54,617 nucleotides of DNA from a virus (taxonomy: Duplodnaviria; Caudoviricetes): positions 1-54,617 of IMG/VR virus record IMGVR_UViG_3300031949_000858; one strand, 5' to 3'. Below the pieces are notes generated by a model, which worked only from the letters and a program-made list of their open reading frames with translations, searched no databases and had not been told where the DNA came from. The number at the start of each line of letters is the position of its first letter. Positions within the stretch are counted from its first letter, which is position 1. Below, one piece after another: positions 1 to 8,220 of this stretch. The translations under genes and the position numbers were made by a program.

Positions 1-143
1 CGGTTGCTACACATTCTCATATTTCACTCGCTTTAGCTCTCGGCCAGAGTACTACCACCCCTAACCCTATCACTAAGGCTCCAGTAAACAACCCCTCTAC
101 CCAGTTCATTGGTTGGTCCTTTCGCTGCCGTCTAACGAGTCGG
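1..143. repeat. Terminal direct repeat / circular assembly overlap (copy 1)
   Basis: Bases 1-143 match 54475-54617 except position 17 (T) vs 54491 (C). Confidence 0.95.
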
Positions 144-315
144 CCCATTCGCTGGCCGCTTCAAACTGCTCTCTCTCGACACACCCATTACACAGCGGCG
201 GTTGCTCGAGCTGCTCTACCGGCTTTCTCCCACAGCGCTGGCAGCGCTCTAGCGCTGGCCCTTCTCGCTCCCCTTCCCACTGTGGGTCAGTTGCCTTCCA
301 GTTGTCGTAGCTCAT
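106..315 (-). CDS. Small Zn-finger hypothetical protein
   Basis: 69 aa, CQRC...CNGC; start and stop overlap those of neighbouring ORFs. Confidence 0.7.
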   Translation of the reverse strand: MSYDNWKATDPQWEGEREGPALERCQRCGRKPVEQLEQPPLCNGCVEREQFEAASEWADSLDGSERTNQ

Positions 316-830
316 AACTGGTGCTTCCCCGCGCGCCAGTCGGCCGCCGACATAAACCGAATGTTCGCGGCCTGTGCGCAGCCTTCATCCTCAGAGCGGT
401 CACCGACGAACAGCGCGAGGTGCGGCGGGTACAGCTCGCCGGGGTGCAGATTGACCAGGCTTATCGCTGTTTCGATCACGAGACCTGCGCGCGGTTTGCG
501 GCACCAGCACACAGCGAACTCGGGGTCCGGCGCGTCGGGATGATGCTGGCAGAACGCGATCTTGTCGAAAGCGTTCCAGCAGGCCAGCTGTGTGGACCAC
601 ATCGCGGTGACGACATTCTCGACAGTGACGATACCAAGCCCGATCCCGCCTTGGTTCGATACCCCAACGATGCGCCAGCCAGCAGCCTTGTACCGAGCTA
701 GTAGGGCCGGTACTTCATCGAACACGCGCACGTCACCAGGCTCGTTTACGAACCGGCCCAGCTCGTCCTTCCCCCAGCGGACCGTACCATCAATGTCTAA
801 ATACAGTACAGGCACTCTCTTCTCACTCAT
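312..830 (-). CDS. HAD-IIIA phosphatase (GmhB / histidinol-phosphatase / PNK 3'-phosphatase-like)
   Basis: LYLDIDGTV motif I, VSNQGG, CQHHP...CWCRKP Zn motif, VGDRSED motif IV. Confidence 0.85.
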   Translation of the reverse strand: MSEKRVPVLYLDIDGTVRWGKDELGRFVNEPGDVRVFDEVPALLARYKAAGWRIVGVSNQGGIGLGIVTVENVVTAMWSTQLACWNAFDKIAFCQHHPDAPDPEFAVCWCRKPRAGLVIETAISLVNLHPGELYPPHLALFVGDRSEDEGCAQAANIRFMSAADWRAGKHQL

Positions 831-1021
831 CGTGTACCCTCCCCCGAAACGTGCGTATGCAAACTATTCCTACAAGGGCAGCGAACAGCTGTACAGGCTC
901 GCTCTACCCGCGGCCCACACTCGGTGAGCAGGTCTGTCGCGGGTTCGGCTGGCCAGACGATCCACAGCGGCACCCCGACGAACGAGAGCCCGAGGGCGAG
1001 GACGAGCAGGCGCGCTTTCAT
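827..1021 (-). CDS. Small membrane-anchored protein
   Basis: ATG at 1021 overlaps upstream stop; hydrophobic N-terminus MKARLLVLALGLSFVGVPLWIVW; Cys-rich tail. Confidence 0.6.
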   Translation of the reverse strand: MKARLLVLALGLSFVGVPLWIVWPAEPATDLLTECGPRVERACTAVRCPCRNSLHTHVSGEGTR

Positions 1022-1215
1022 GGCTTCGGCTCCTTGATCTCCTCGAGGACATGGCGTGCTACGAGGTGGAAGAAGGCGTTGCCGCACAGGCCGAGGCCAA
1101 AGATCCACCACCACGACCTCGGCTCCATGCCCCAGCCGAGCATGAATGAGCCAATCTGCAGGTCGATCTGCGCGACAAACACGGCGAGAACGGCGATGAA
1201 CTTCGTGAGCTTCAC
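1018..1215 (-). CDS. Small two-TM membrane protein
   Basis: Two hydrophobic stretches; GTG start overlaps upstream stop. Confidence 0.65.
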   Translation of the reverse strand: MKLTKFIAVLAVFVAQIDLQIGSFMLGWGMEPRSWWWIFGLGLCGNAFFHLVARHVLEEIKEPKP

Positions 1216-1502
1216 TTGAGTCTCCTTGCCCGCTCGATCATCTCGTCGCGCTCTGCTTGGTTCGCGCCGTAGTAGTCGGGGTCGGGCTCGCGTTGCGTGT
1301 TCTGTGCGGCCTCGAGCACGTCATGCATCTGGTCGATGAAGTCTTCGGCCATCTGCTTGTCGATGGGCCAGCGGGTGACGGTCTCCCATCTCCCGCAGCA
1401 CTTCGCCGGGGTCATCCGCACTCCGCTGCCGTCTTCGTCCTCGAGGACGACCGACAAGAAGTCGGGATGGATCGGGCAGCGGTTGAGCGCCAGGTACTTC
1501 AC
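1212..1502 (-). CDS. Hypothetical protein
   Basis: GTG at 1502 after GGAGG, coupled to upstream stop; CPIH..CCGRW; ends ARRLK. Confidence 0.65.
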   Translation of the reverse strand: MKYLALNRCPIHPDFLSVVLEDEDGSGVRMTPAKCCGRWETVTRWPIDKQMAEDFIDQMHDVLEAAQNTQREPDPDYYGANQAERDEMIERARRLK

Positions 1503-1672
1503 TTGAGCCTCCGTGCTTCCTGCATTCGGTGCGCTTCGTCCTGCGGATGGTTGATCTCTTCCCCGTAGGTGTCCGCAGGCTCGCGCTCGTTCTCTTTGCG
1601 CCTGCACTCGAGGCAGAGGCAGTAAAGGTCCTCTGCGAGCGCGGGGCGCAGTTCACATTCGGCGCAGTTCAT
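1499..1672 (-). CDS. Small Cys-rich hypothetical protein (57 aa, not in ORF track)
   Basis: Own translation MNCAECELRPALAEDLYCLCLECRRKENEREPADTYGEEINHPQDEAHRMQEARRLK; fills the gap with 4-nt overlaps at both ends. Confidence 0.65.
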   Translation of the reverse strand: MNCAECELRPALAEDLYCLCLECRRKENEREPADTYGEEINHPQDEAHRMQEARRLK

Positions 1673-2217
1673 CGCTGCCCCATTTCACGCGCCAGCCCTC
1701 GTTCGCAGTCTTCGATCGTCTTCTTTGCGTCGCGGATCTCGGCGCGGTAGTGCGCGACCATTCTCCCTGGGCCGTCTTCAATCTTTCGCTTGCGGTCCGT
1801 GGCGCGGCTCTCGATCAGCTGCCAGCGCCGCTCCTCAATCAGCTTCGGGAGCAGCGCTTCGGCGGTCTCGCGGTCTGCGTGGAGTAGATGCTCGCTCCAG
1901 ACCTGCCCCGAGCCGACGCCCGTCTCGTAGCACATGTACTCGACCGGATTCGCCTCGTTCGTGTCGATCCGCACCGAGGCGATGGTCAACTCTCGGACGG
2001 AGCCCTGGACCTCCCATGAGTGCACTGTGCCGGTCGTTTCGTACCCGCGTGTGCAGGTCGGACAGAGGAAGTCGAGTTCCTCTCCATTTGGCAGCGCTGC
2101 GTGCCAAGTGCGCTTGCCAAGGCAGTCGGGACAGGGCACGTACTCGGCGCTGGAACGGACCTCCGGGTGATACACCACGGCGCCGATCGCATACTTGGGG
2201 ACCGGCAAATCGGTCAT
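1669..2217 (-). CDS. Hypothetical protein with CxxC-CxxC Zn motif
   Basis: ATG at 2217 after GGAGG; CPDC...CPTC; C-terminal coiled coil. Confidence 0.7.
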   Translation of the reverse strand: MTDLPVPKYAIGAVVYHPEVRSSAEYVPCPDCLGKRTWHAALPNGEELDFLCPTCTRGYETTGTVHSWEVQGSVRELTIASVRIDTNEANPVEYMCYETGVGSGQVWSEHLLHADRETAEALLPKLIEERRWQLIESRATDRKRKIEDGPGRMVAHYRAEIRDAKKTIEDCERGLAREMGQR

Positions 2218-2459
2218 CGGTCGTCCTCCCTCGCCGCGCGGGACCAGTCCGTCCCTACCTCGTGGTCGTACTCGTCTACTCGCTCGAGCAGCGTCTGCGG
2301 CCTGCGCGCTCGGGCCCGCTCGGTGTCGTGCTCTAGCCGCTCGCGTGCGATCTCGCTGTCCTGCTCGAGGCCGAGCAGCGCCGCCCAACCCCCACCGCCC
2401 AACTCGAGGCCGAGCTGCTGCGCGGGGGTGAGGGCCGCGGGCTTCTTCTCGGCGCTCAT
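2214..2459 (-). CDS. Hypothetical protein
   Basis: ATG at 2459 after GGAGG, overlapping upstream stop. Confidence 0.6.
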   Translation of the reverse strand: MSAEKKPAALTPAQQLGLELGGGGWAALLGLEQDSEIARERLEHDTERARARRPQTLLERVDEYDHEVGTDWSRAAREDDR

Positions 2460-3082
2460 GACTTGCCTCCGATGTAGAGGTCGTTCGGGTGCCGCCGCCA
2501 AAGCTCCCGCTGCTCCTCGACGGAGAGCCCGTGCAGCTCCCGAGCGCGGCCGGCCGATATCACCTCGTCGGCAACGAGGCACTCGATGGCGATGTGAAGG
2601 CGCTCGACCTGGCTCTGGCGCAGCTCTTTCTCCCCGACCAGCGCTTCCAGGAGTCGATCGCACTCATCCTTCAGCCGGTCGCGCTCCGCGCCGTTGAAGT
2701 GTGCGATGTTCTGCGCCTCGTTGAGTTGATGCTCGGCCTCCTCGGCTCGGACCGACTCGCGCAGCAGTCGGTCCCGCTCTTCAGCGAGCTTCCTGTACTC
2801 GCCACGCAGTTCCTCGTAGAGCCCCCGCGCTCGCTGCGCATCCATCTCGGCCTGGCGGGTTTCATGCACCGCGAGAGATGCGGCCTCCTCGGCTTCGGCG
2901 AGCGCGTTCCGGCGCGTGCGTGCCTGCTCGAGCTCCACGCCGCGGCGGATGAACCGCTCCGTCAGGTCGTCGTTCTCGTTCTGCAACTCGGCGACCTTCG
3001 CCAGCGCAGCGACGAGCGCGGGGGAGCCGGGGTCCTCCTCCGCGTCGTCTGCCGCCACGCCGCGATCCCTCGGGGTGGTCAC
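2456..3082 (-). CDS. Coiled-coil hypothetical protein
   Basis: GTG at 3082 overlaps upstream stop; long E/R/L heptad region. Confidence 0.65.
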   Translation of the reverse strand: MTTPRDRGVAADDAEEDPGSPALVAALAKVAELQNENDDLTERFIRRGVELEQARTRRNALAEAEEAASLAVHETRQAEMDAQRARGLYEELRGEYRKLAEERDRLLRESVRAEEAEHQLNEAQNIAHFNGAERDRLKDECDRLLEALVGEKELRQSQVERLHIAIECLVADEVISAGRARELHGLSVEEQRELWRRHPNDLYIGGKS

Positions 3083-3627
3083 AGCGCACCGCCCATCTGC
3101 GCGACGAGCTGCGTCAAGTGCTCGCGCTGCCAGCACCGCTCCTTCTGGCGCGCGTCGGCGGCCGCGGCGGCTGCGGCGGCCGCGTAGTCGGCGGCGTAGT
3201 AGGCGGCGTAGGCCGCGTAGTAGGCGTCGTCGTCGGCGGCGGCGGCGGCGTAGAAGGCGGCGTAGGCGGCGGCGTCGGCCGCGGCGGCGCGCTTCGAGCG
3301 CAGCTCGTCCAGCGTGATCTCGCCAAGCAGGTACGCACTCGCCGCGACTAGCGCCTCGCGCGGGCGCTTGTCGTCCGGGTGCCGCTGCTCGTAGAGGGGC
3401 AGCGCGCGCTTCGCGCAGTCGATCGCCCAGAGCTGCCAGATCGGGTTCGGGATCAGCTTCGCGCCGCGCAGCACCCAGAGGCAGTCCGCCCAGCCCAGCG
3501 CAGGCAGGCGCAGTAGATCGAGTGCGCTGGCCTCGGTGCGACCCTGCGCGAGGGCCTCGACCTGGCTGCGCTCCCGGCACGGGTGCAGCGCCATGATCGA
3601 GTCCACGGTGACGGTGGCCGCGCTCAT
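3079..3627 (-). CDS. Imm5-like domain protein with Ala/Tyr-rich repeats
   Basis: LWAIDCAKRALPLYE...DDKRPREALVAA...GEITLDEL pattern followed by AAYAAY repeats. Confidence 0.65.
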   Translation of the reverse strand: MSAATVTVDSIMALHPCRERSQVEALAQGRTEASALDLLRLPALGWADCLWVLRGAKLIPNPIWQLWAIDCAKRALPLYEQRHPDDKRPREALVAASAYLLGEITLDELRSKRAAAADAAAYAAFYAAAAADDDAYYAAYAAYYAADYAAAAAAAAADARQKERCWQREHLTQLVAQMGGAL

Positions 3628-3806
3628 CGCGCCACCTGCCGCACAGCCCGCACCCCAAGCACCCCCAGGGCCAGCACGACCAGCGCCCAGCCGTGGACGT
3701 GCTCCAGCGCGCGCTCCCCCATGCCCTGCCCCGTGCAGAGGGGACAGCGATTCTCGAGGGGGTAGTAATTCTCTCTATTCCTATCTCGCCACTGTTTCGC
3801 TCTCAT
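3624..3806 (-). CDS. Small hypothetical protein
   Basis: 60 aa, CPLC, hydrophobic C-terminus; start uncertain. Confidence 0.45.
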   Translation of the reverse strand: MRAKQWRDRNRENYYPLENRCPLCTGQGMGERALEHVHGWALVVLALGVLGVRAVRQVAR

Positions 3807-3817
3807 CTGTCTCGCTC

Positions 3818-4087
3818 CTATCTGTTTCGGGGCCTTCGCCAGCTTGGCCGTTTCGGCTGCTTCGGCCGGCCTTTGGGGTTCCTGCTCTTCCGTAGGCTAA
3901 TCATCGCTAAGCGGCTCGCTGATAGTCCTGGCCAGCGGCGGGCCATCTTCAACCACCGATAACGTTTCGGCGGCGGCGCTAGCTGGTCTAGTCTAGCTAA
4001 GGCCGCTTCTAAGGCGCTCTTTAGCGCGACGGCTTCTTTCGCTAGCGCTGCTGTTCGCTCTAGCTGTTGCCAGGCTTCGTAGTCCAA
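3818..4087 (-). CDS. Basic hypothetical protein
   Basis: 89 aa, helical N-terminus, K/R-rich tail. Confidence 0.5.
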   Translation of the reverse strand: MDYEAWQQLERTAALAKEAVALKSALEAALARLDQLAPPPKRYRWLKMARRWPGLSASRLAMISLRKSRNPKGRPKQPKRPSWRRPRNR

Positions 4088-4326
4088 GCGGCTACTACTA
4101 CTTTCTCTGCTAGCACTCTCAGCTCGGGCCAGCTACGACCGGCTAACAAGCTCGGATACTCACCGACCAGCTCAACAATCCGATCCCTCACTCGGTCTTG
4201 CTCGCTTGGCGGAACTGTCGCTTTGATCCAGTCATCTAGATGGGCCACCGCTGTTGCCTTCACCAGCGCTGCTACTCCATCACACCAGTAGTCTAGTTGG
4301 TCTTTCGGTTGCTTTATGATCTCCAT
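4060..4326 (-). CDS. Hypothetical protein
   Basis: 88 aa with upstream GGAG. Confidence 0.6.
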   Translation of the reverse strand: MEIIKQPKDQLDYWCDGVAALVKATAVAHLDDWIKATVPPSEQDRVRDRIVELVGEYPSLLAGRSWPELRVLAEKVVVAAWTTKPGNS

Positions 4327-4344
4327 CCCTATATCTCCTCGCGC

Positions 4345-4563
4345 CTAGCTGGCGCTCTCCTGGATGAACCGTGCGCGCCTACCGACACCTTCGACTCGCC
4401 CACGGCGCACCGAGAACCACGCCCCCGCGTCGGAATCCCAGCACTGGATACGGGCGAATTCCCGGTACATGTCCATTTCGTCGATGTGACGCTGTGCGGC
4501 GACCTTGGTAGGGTAGTCGTTACTGACCTGCCCGTTTCCATAGTTCACTCGGTACATGTGCAT
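4345..4563 (-). CDS. Hypothetical early protein
   Basis: 72 aa, GGGGAG upstream. Confidence 0.6.
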   Translation of the reverse strand: MHMYRVNYGNGQVSNDYPTKVAAQRHIDEMDMYREFARIQCWDSDAGAWFSVRRGRVEGVGRRARFIQESAS

Positions 4564-4701
4564 CTCCCCAACAGTCAGTCCGGTTGATCTGTTCCTGGTC
4601 TAGCCAATAGAACAGGCAGGTTTGCTGTCCCTACCTGCTCGATCGCTCTACCGGGTGAGCAGCTTTACTGCGGGCGCGCTCGGTGCTCGTGGCGGGGCGC
4701 A

Positions 4702-5145
4702 CTAGCGGGCGGCCTCGTCCAGCTCCGTCGCCTCGGGGTCCGAGACGCCCAGATGCCTGCGGTCCAGGATCTTCACCTCGCACTCTGCGGGGAGCTGCGC
4801 CGCGTACTTACTCTTGGCCCAGCGCACCAGCTCCTCGCGACTGGAGCCGAGATACGTCATCCAGCCGAGATCCTGGCTGTCCAGGCAAATGTGAAACTGA
4901 CCCCCGCCCACGGCCTTGATCTTCAGCGTCGGCGGCTCGACCTCGGGCTCACGCGCCGCGAACAGGACGTTGCCGTTGCGGTACGCGTCCGGATCACCGG
5001 ACGCGATATCGTCCAGGGATTCGAGCGGGGAGGTCCAGACCGCGGCGCTCTCCAGCCCCGCCTCGCGCAGCGCCTCCGCTGCCACCTCGCACTGCTCCGC
5101 CGTGTCCACCGGGTAGGTCTCGTCTGCGATTACGATGTAGGTCAT
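4702..5145 (-). CDS. Hypothetical early protein
   Basis: 147 aa, acidic, GAGGGAG upstream. Confidence 0.7.
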   Translation of the reverse strand: MTYIVIADETYPVDTAEQCEVAAEALREAGLESAAVWTSPLESLDDIASGDPDAYRNGNVLFAAREPEVEPPTLKIKAVGGGQFHICLDSQDLGWMTYLGSSREELVRWAKSKYAAQLPAECEVKILDRRHLGVSDPEATELDEAAR

Positions 5146-5234
5146 CTCTGCGCTCCCTCGCGGCTTGATTGCCGCTCTGATCGCTCCATGGGGCCCGCCA
5201 CCTGGCAGCGGGCCCGAGCAACGATCAGTCCGTT

Positions 5235-6296
5235 TCAGTTTCGGCTAAGCAGCCGAACGGCTCGCCGCTTCGTCGCGGCGCCGCTGCCAAACTGGGTCGA
5301 GTCGAGTCGATGGTCTGCTTGCTGGGTAGCGGTCTTTCCGCGGTAAGCGCGGATTCTTGCCCTTTGATGATCAATGTACTCGGTCACCGCGTTCAGGGCG
5401 TCGTAACGATCCTGCCCGAAGTTCCCCGTTCCCCTCTCAAACAGCCCCATAAGCAGGCTGCCTTGGTCTTCCCAGCTGCTGAAGGTTCGGGGGGCGCTCT
5501 CTTTGGCTTTTCTAATTTTCGCAGTTGCCTCTTCGAGCGTTTCGGTCTCGGTTAGCAGCATTGCGAAGAACCCTCTTGCTGCGTTTCGCTCCATCGGCGT
5601 GTCTGCGAGCCCCTGGAACAGCTCGGTTCCTTCGGAAAGCTCCTTATACGCCACCTCTAGCGCTTTCACCGCGTCGAACAGTTTCCCATCTTGCGACTTG
5701 GTGTGCCGAATCCAACACGCGTTCCCGCTGTCGGCTGCCATGTTGATGGTGTTCTGGCAGACTGCTCTAATCAGGCTTCTTGCTACTACCGTATTCTGGC
5801 TGGCGTCGAACGTAGTAGAGAGCAGCAGGTTCGGCAGCGAAACATCGGTTCCGCCATCGAATGCCGCTGCGGCCTTTCCACCCCGAACGATTCTGCTTTC
5901 TCCGCCGAGCCTGATATTGAGCCAAGCTTTCCGCTTATCGAACAGAGTCCCGCCGACATCTCTATAAGCGGCGCTATCGGCTGCGAGTACTGCATCCGAC
6001 ATATCAAGTAGCCGACTCGGCTGTACCAGCTCATAGACTCGGCCGACGGCTACGCCGCGGAGCGGCTCGGCTTCGCCGACTACATGGATTCCGTACACGT
6101 CCTTTACTGGCTTACCCTGGTACTCGAGCTGGACTTTCTCCAAGCTAAAGTCCAGGCCGGCCAGCCGAGTGAACTCTGCTCTGCTGGTGTCCCGCGCTAT
6201 TTCGCTGAGGCGCTGGCTGGTTTGGCTGCTATGCCAAATATCCATCTTACTACCCACATGCACCATCTGATCTCGACCCATAAGTCCATGTCCCAT
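5235..6296 (-). CDS. DUF932-family (phage/plasmid LGT) protein
   Basis: VGRVYELVQP, GGTLFDKRKAW, LLLSTTFDAS, IRAVCQNT, IRHT, ALNAVTEYIDH, FGSGAATK motifs. Confidence 0.85.
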   Translation of the reverse strand: MGHGLMGRDQMVHVGSKMDIWHSSQTSQRLSEIARDTSRAEFTRLAGLDFSLEKVQLEYQGKPVKDVYGIHVVGEAEPLRGVAVGRVYELVQPSRLLDMSDAVLAADSAAYRDVGGTLFDKRKAWLNIRLGGESRIVRGGKAAAAFDGGTDVSLPNLLLSTTFDASQNTVVARSLIRAVCQNTINMAADSGNACWIRHTKSQDGKLFDAVKALEVAYKELSEGTELFQGLADTPMERNAARGFFAMLLTETETLEEATAKIRKAKESAPRTFSSWEDQGSLLMGLFERGTGNFGQDRYDALNAVTEYIDHQRARIRAYRGKTATQQADHRLDSTQFGSGAATKRRAVRLLSRN

Positions 6297-6770
6297 GGTG
6301 TTATCTCGTTATGCCATTGATTGTCTGGGCAGCTAGCTATTTGCTGGCTGTCTAGTTTGCAGCTAATGGCCCGCTGCGAAACTGGGGTGGACTATTGGGT
6401 AGCGATTGCACCCCCCATCCCTAGCGCTGTCCGCTAATAGGGATGGAGGGTGCTCTCTAGTCTGTGCGGTGCCCCTTCGCTAGCCCAGCTCTCTGGTCCG
6501 CAGGGGCGCTGCACTCCTTCTGTTTCAGGCCGTTCTAGGGCGCTACACCTAGCTCTCCGGCCTGGAGCGGGTGCCTCCCCCGCCCTATCCCGCGCCGCGG
6601 GGTATCTCTAGCTCTCGCTAGCTGCCCGCTGCCCGTGGAGCGCTTGGGTGAGGCGCGCTCCGGCCTTTCGAGGGTTCGTGGCTCCTCGCTGCGCCCAGGG
6701 CCTGCGTGACCGATTCGGCTACCGCGATCCCTGGCTCGATCCAGCTGAGTGGCTGGCGTCGACAAGGGCA

Positions 6771-6799
6771 ACTCTACTGGTAAGTAGGTTATCTCGCAA
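6771..6799 (-). promoter_or_regulatory. Putative sigma70 promoter for the early arm
   Basis: Minus strand TTGCGA (6799-6794), 17 nt spacer, TAGAGT (6776-6771). Confidence 0.55.
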
Positions 6800-7198
6800 G
6801 CCCCCCTTGATTCTATTGAGCTTTCTGGCGCGGCTAGCCCGCTAACCCGCCCGCCGAGCCGGCTAAGTGGTTGATTTCATTGGGTTGACACTAATCTAGC
6901 TAAAGCTAGCTCTAACTAGCTAAACCGCTCTCTAGCGCTCTCTGGCTGGCTGTCTCTAGCGCCCCTTGTGTGTTTCGGCGGCTGGCTGGCTGGGTGGCTG
7001 TCTGGCGCCGTTTCTCTGTTGCAAGGGGAGGACAATCAATGTGATAGTATACTAACACTTGGTATCAAGCTAGCTAAGATAAGCCAGCCTCGTTAACCAC
7101 TCTAGCCTCGGTTAGCCTGGCTAGTCAATCGCATCGCCCTCCTAACCAGGACAGCCCCTCTAGACTCGCTCCCTTTTGTTAGGTACTAACAGTATTTG

Positions 7199-7297
7199 GG
7201 TATGATAGTTGCATACTTAGCCATTGGTATGGTACTTGCATACTTAGCTACTTGGTACAGTAGTTGCATACCTTCTACTGGTACGCCCCTTGCATAC
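7199..7297. repeat. Four imperfect direct repeats GGTA-N5/6-TTGCATAC, period 26-28 bp
   Basis: TTGCATAC at 7209, 7236, 7264 and 7290. Confidence 0.85.
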
Positions 7298-7500
7298 TTT
7301 CTACCCCGCCCCCCCTTCTCCCCTTCCCCCCGGTGCCCCACCACACCAGGCCCGGGGAAGAGTAAAGCTGGGTCCTCTTACAAAAATTTCCAGCCCACAG
7401 AAGTACCTAGACTGTTACAGTAGTTAGATAGAAGAGTAACTAGAGAAACGAGTGGCTAGATAGATAAGTTAGCTAGTTAGCTAGACAGCCGGCCAGCTAG

Positions 7501-7684
7501 TTCGGCTCGGCCGAATCGGCGAAGCCGGATAAGCACAGTCGTCGCAGTCGTCGCAGCCGCCGCGAGCAGCGCTATCGGCGAAGCCGATCTAGCACAATAA
7601 GCCGGGCTAGCACGCGAACGAGCGCGGTCGCTGTTCCGCGCCGCTCGCCCCGCTTAGCTCGCTCTCTCGGCTCGGCGAAGCCGA
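7501..7684. repeat. Three CGGCGAAGCCG hairpins plus a TTCGGC-TCG-GCCGAA hairpin
   Basis: Hairpins at 7517-7527, 7574-7588 and 7672-7684; additional one at 7501-7515. Confidence 0.85.
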
Positions 7685-8027
7685 ATCAGCAGAGCGCCAG
7701 AGCGCTCAGATCGCTCGCTCGGTTCAGCGCCCCCGCCAGCGCTCTCGCTGCACTGGGCGCCCTCGCCCCGCCGTTTGCTAGCCCTTTCGCCCCGCCGCTG
7801 GACCGTTTCACCCTCTCGCTAGCTCCCTTTTCTATCTCGCTAACCTTTCTAACTATCCTCTTTCCCGCGTGTCAACGTCTGTCACCGTTTTCTGCTAAAC
7901 CCACTCCAAGCGGTTTCGTGCCAATGCTAAAGGGGTGTTTTCCTCCGCTCCAGCTAAATATATTCCTCCTCTACTGTATCCCCTTAACCTTTCTCTCCCT
8001 CACCCCCCCTTTTCTCTCCCCCTCCCA

Positions 8028-8056
8028 TTGACACCTTTTCTCTTTCTACTTATAAT
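8028..8056 (+). promoter_or_regulatory. Perfect-consensus sigma70 promoter
   Basis: TTGACA (8028-8033), 17 nt spacer, TATAAT (8051-8056). Confidence 0.85.
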
Positions 8057-8190
8057 CAGACGACCAACGGGAGGCGTACCCTCCCCTCTTAATCTTTTAT
8101 GTAGCAAACTGAGGGTAAGCTAACGGAACCCGGCTCAGGACCACAACGCACGAGGGGGGTCAACTTTGAACAGGTTTAGTTCTCTTTCAC

Positions 8191-8220
8191 TCTGTTTAGC
8201 TCTGTTTAGCTCTGTTTAGC
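8191..8220 (+). repeat. (TCTGTTTAGC)x3 tandem repeat
   Basis: Exact 10-mer repeated three times just upstream of the ATG at 8229. Confidence 0.9.

Noticed and set aside
7199-7297. Possible mini-CRISPR array
   Set aside because: The ~27-bp period leaves no room for spacers and the repeats are degenerate; the Cas4-like gene sits in a standard recombination module
7846-7875. Additional TTGACA hexamers (7870-7875 on the minus strand; about 6884 on the plus strand)
   Set aside because: No convincing -10 element at 16-18 nt spacing
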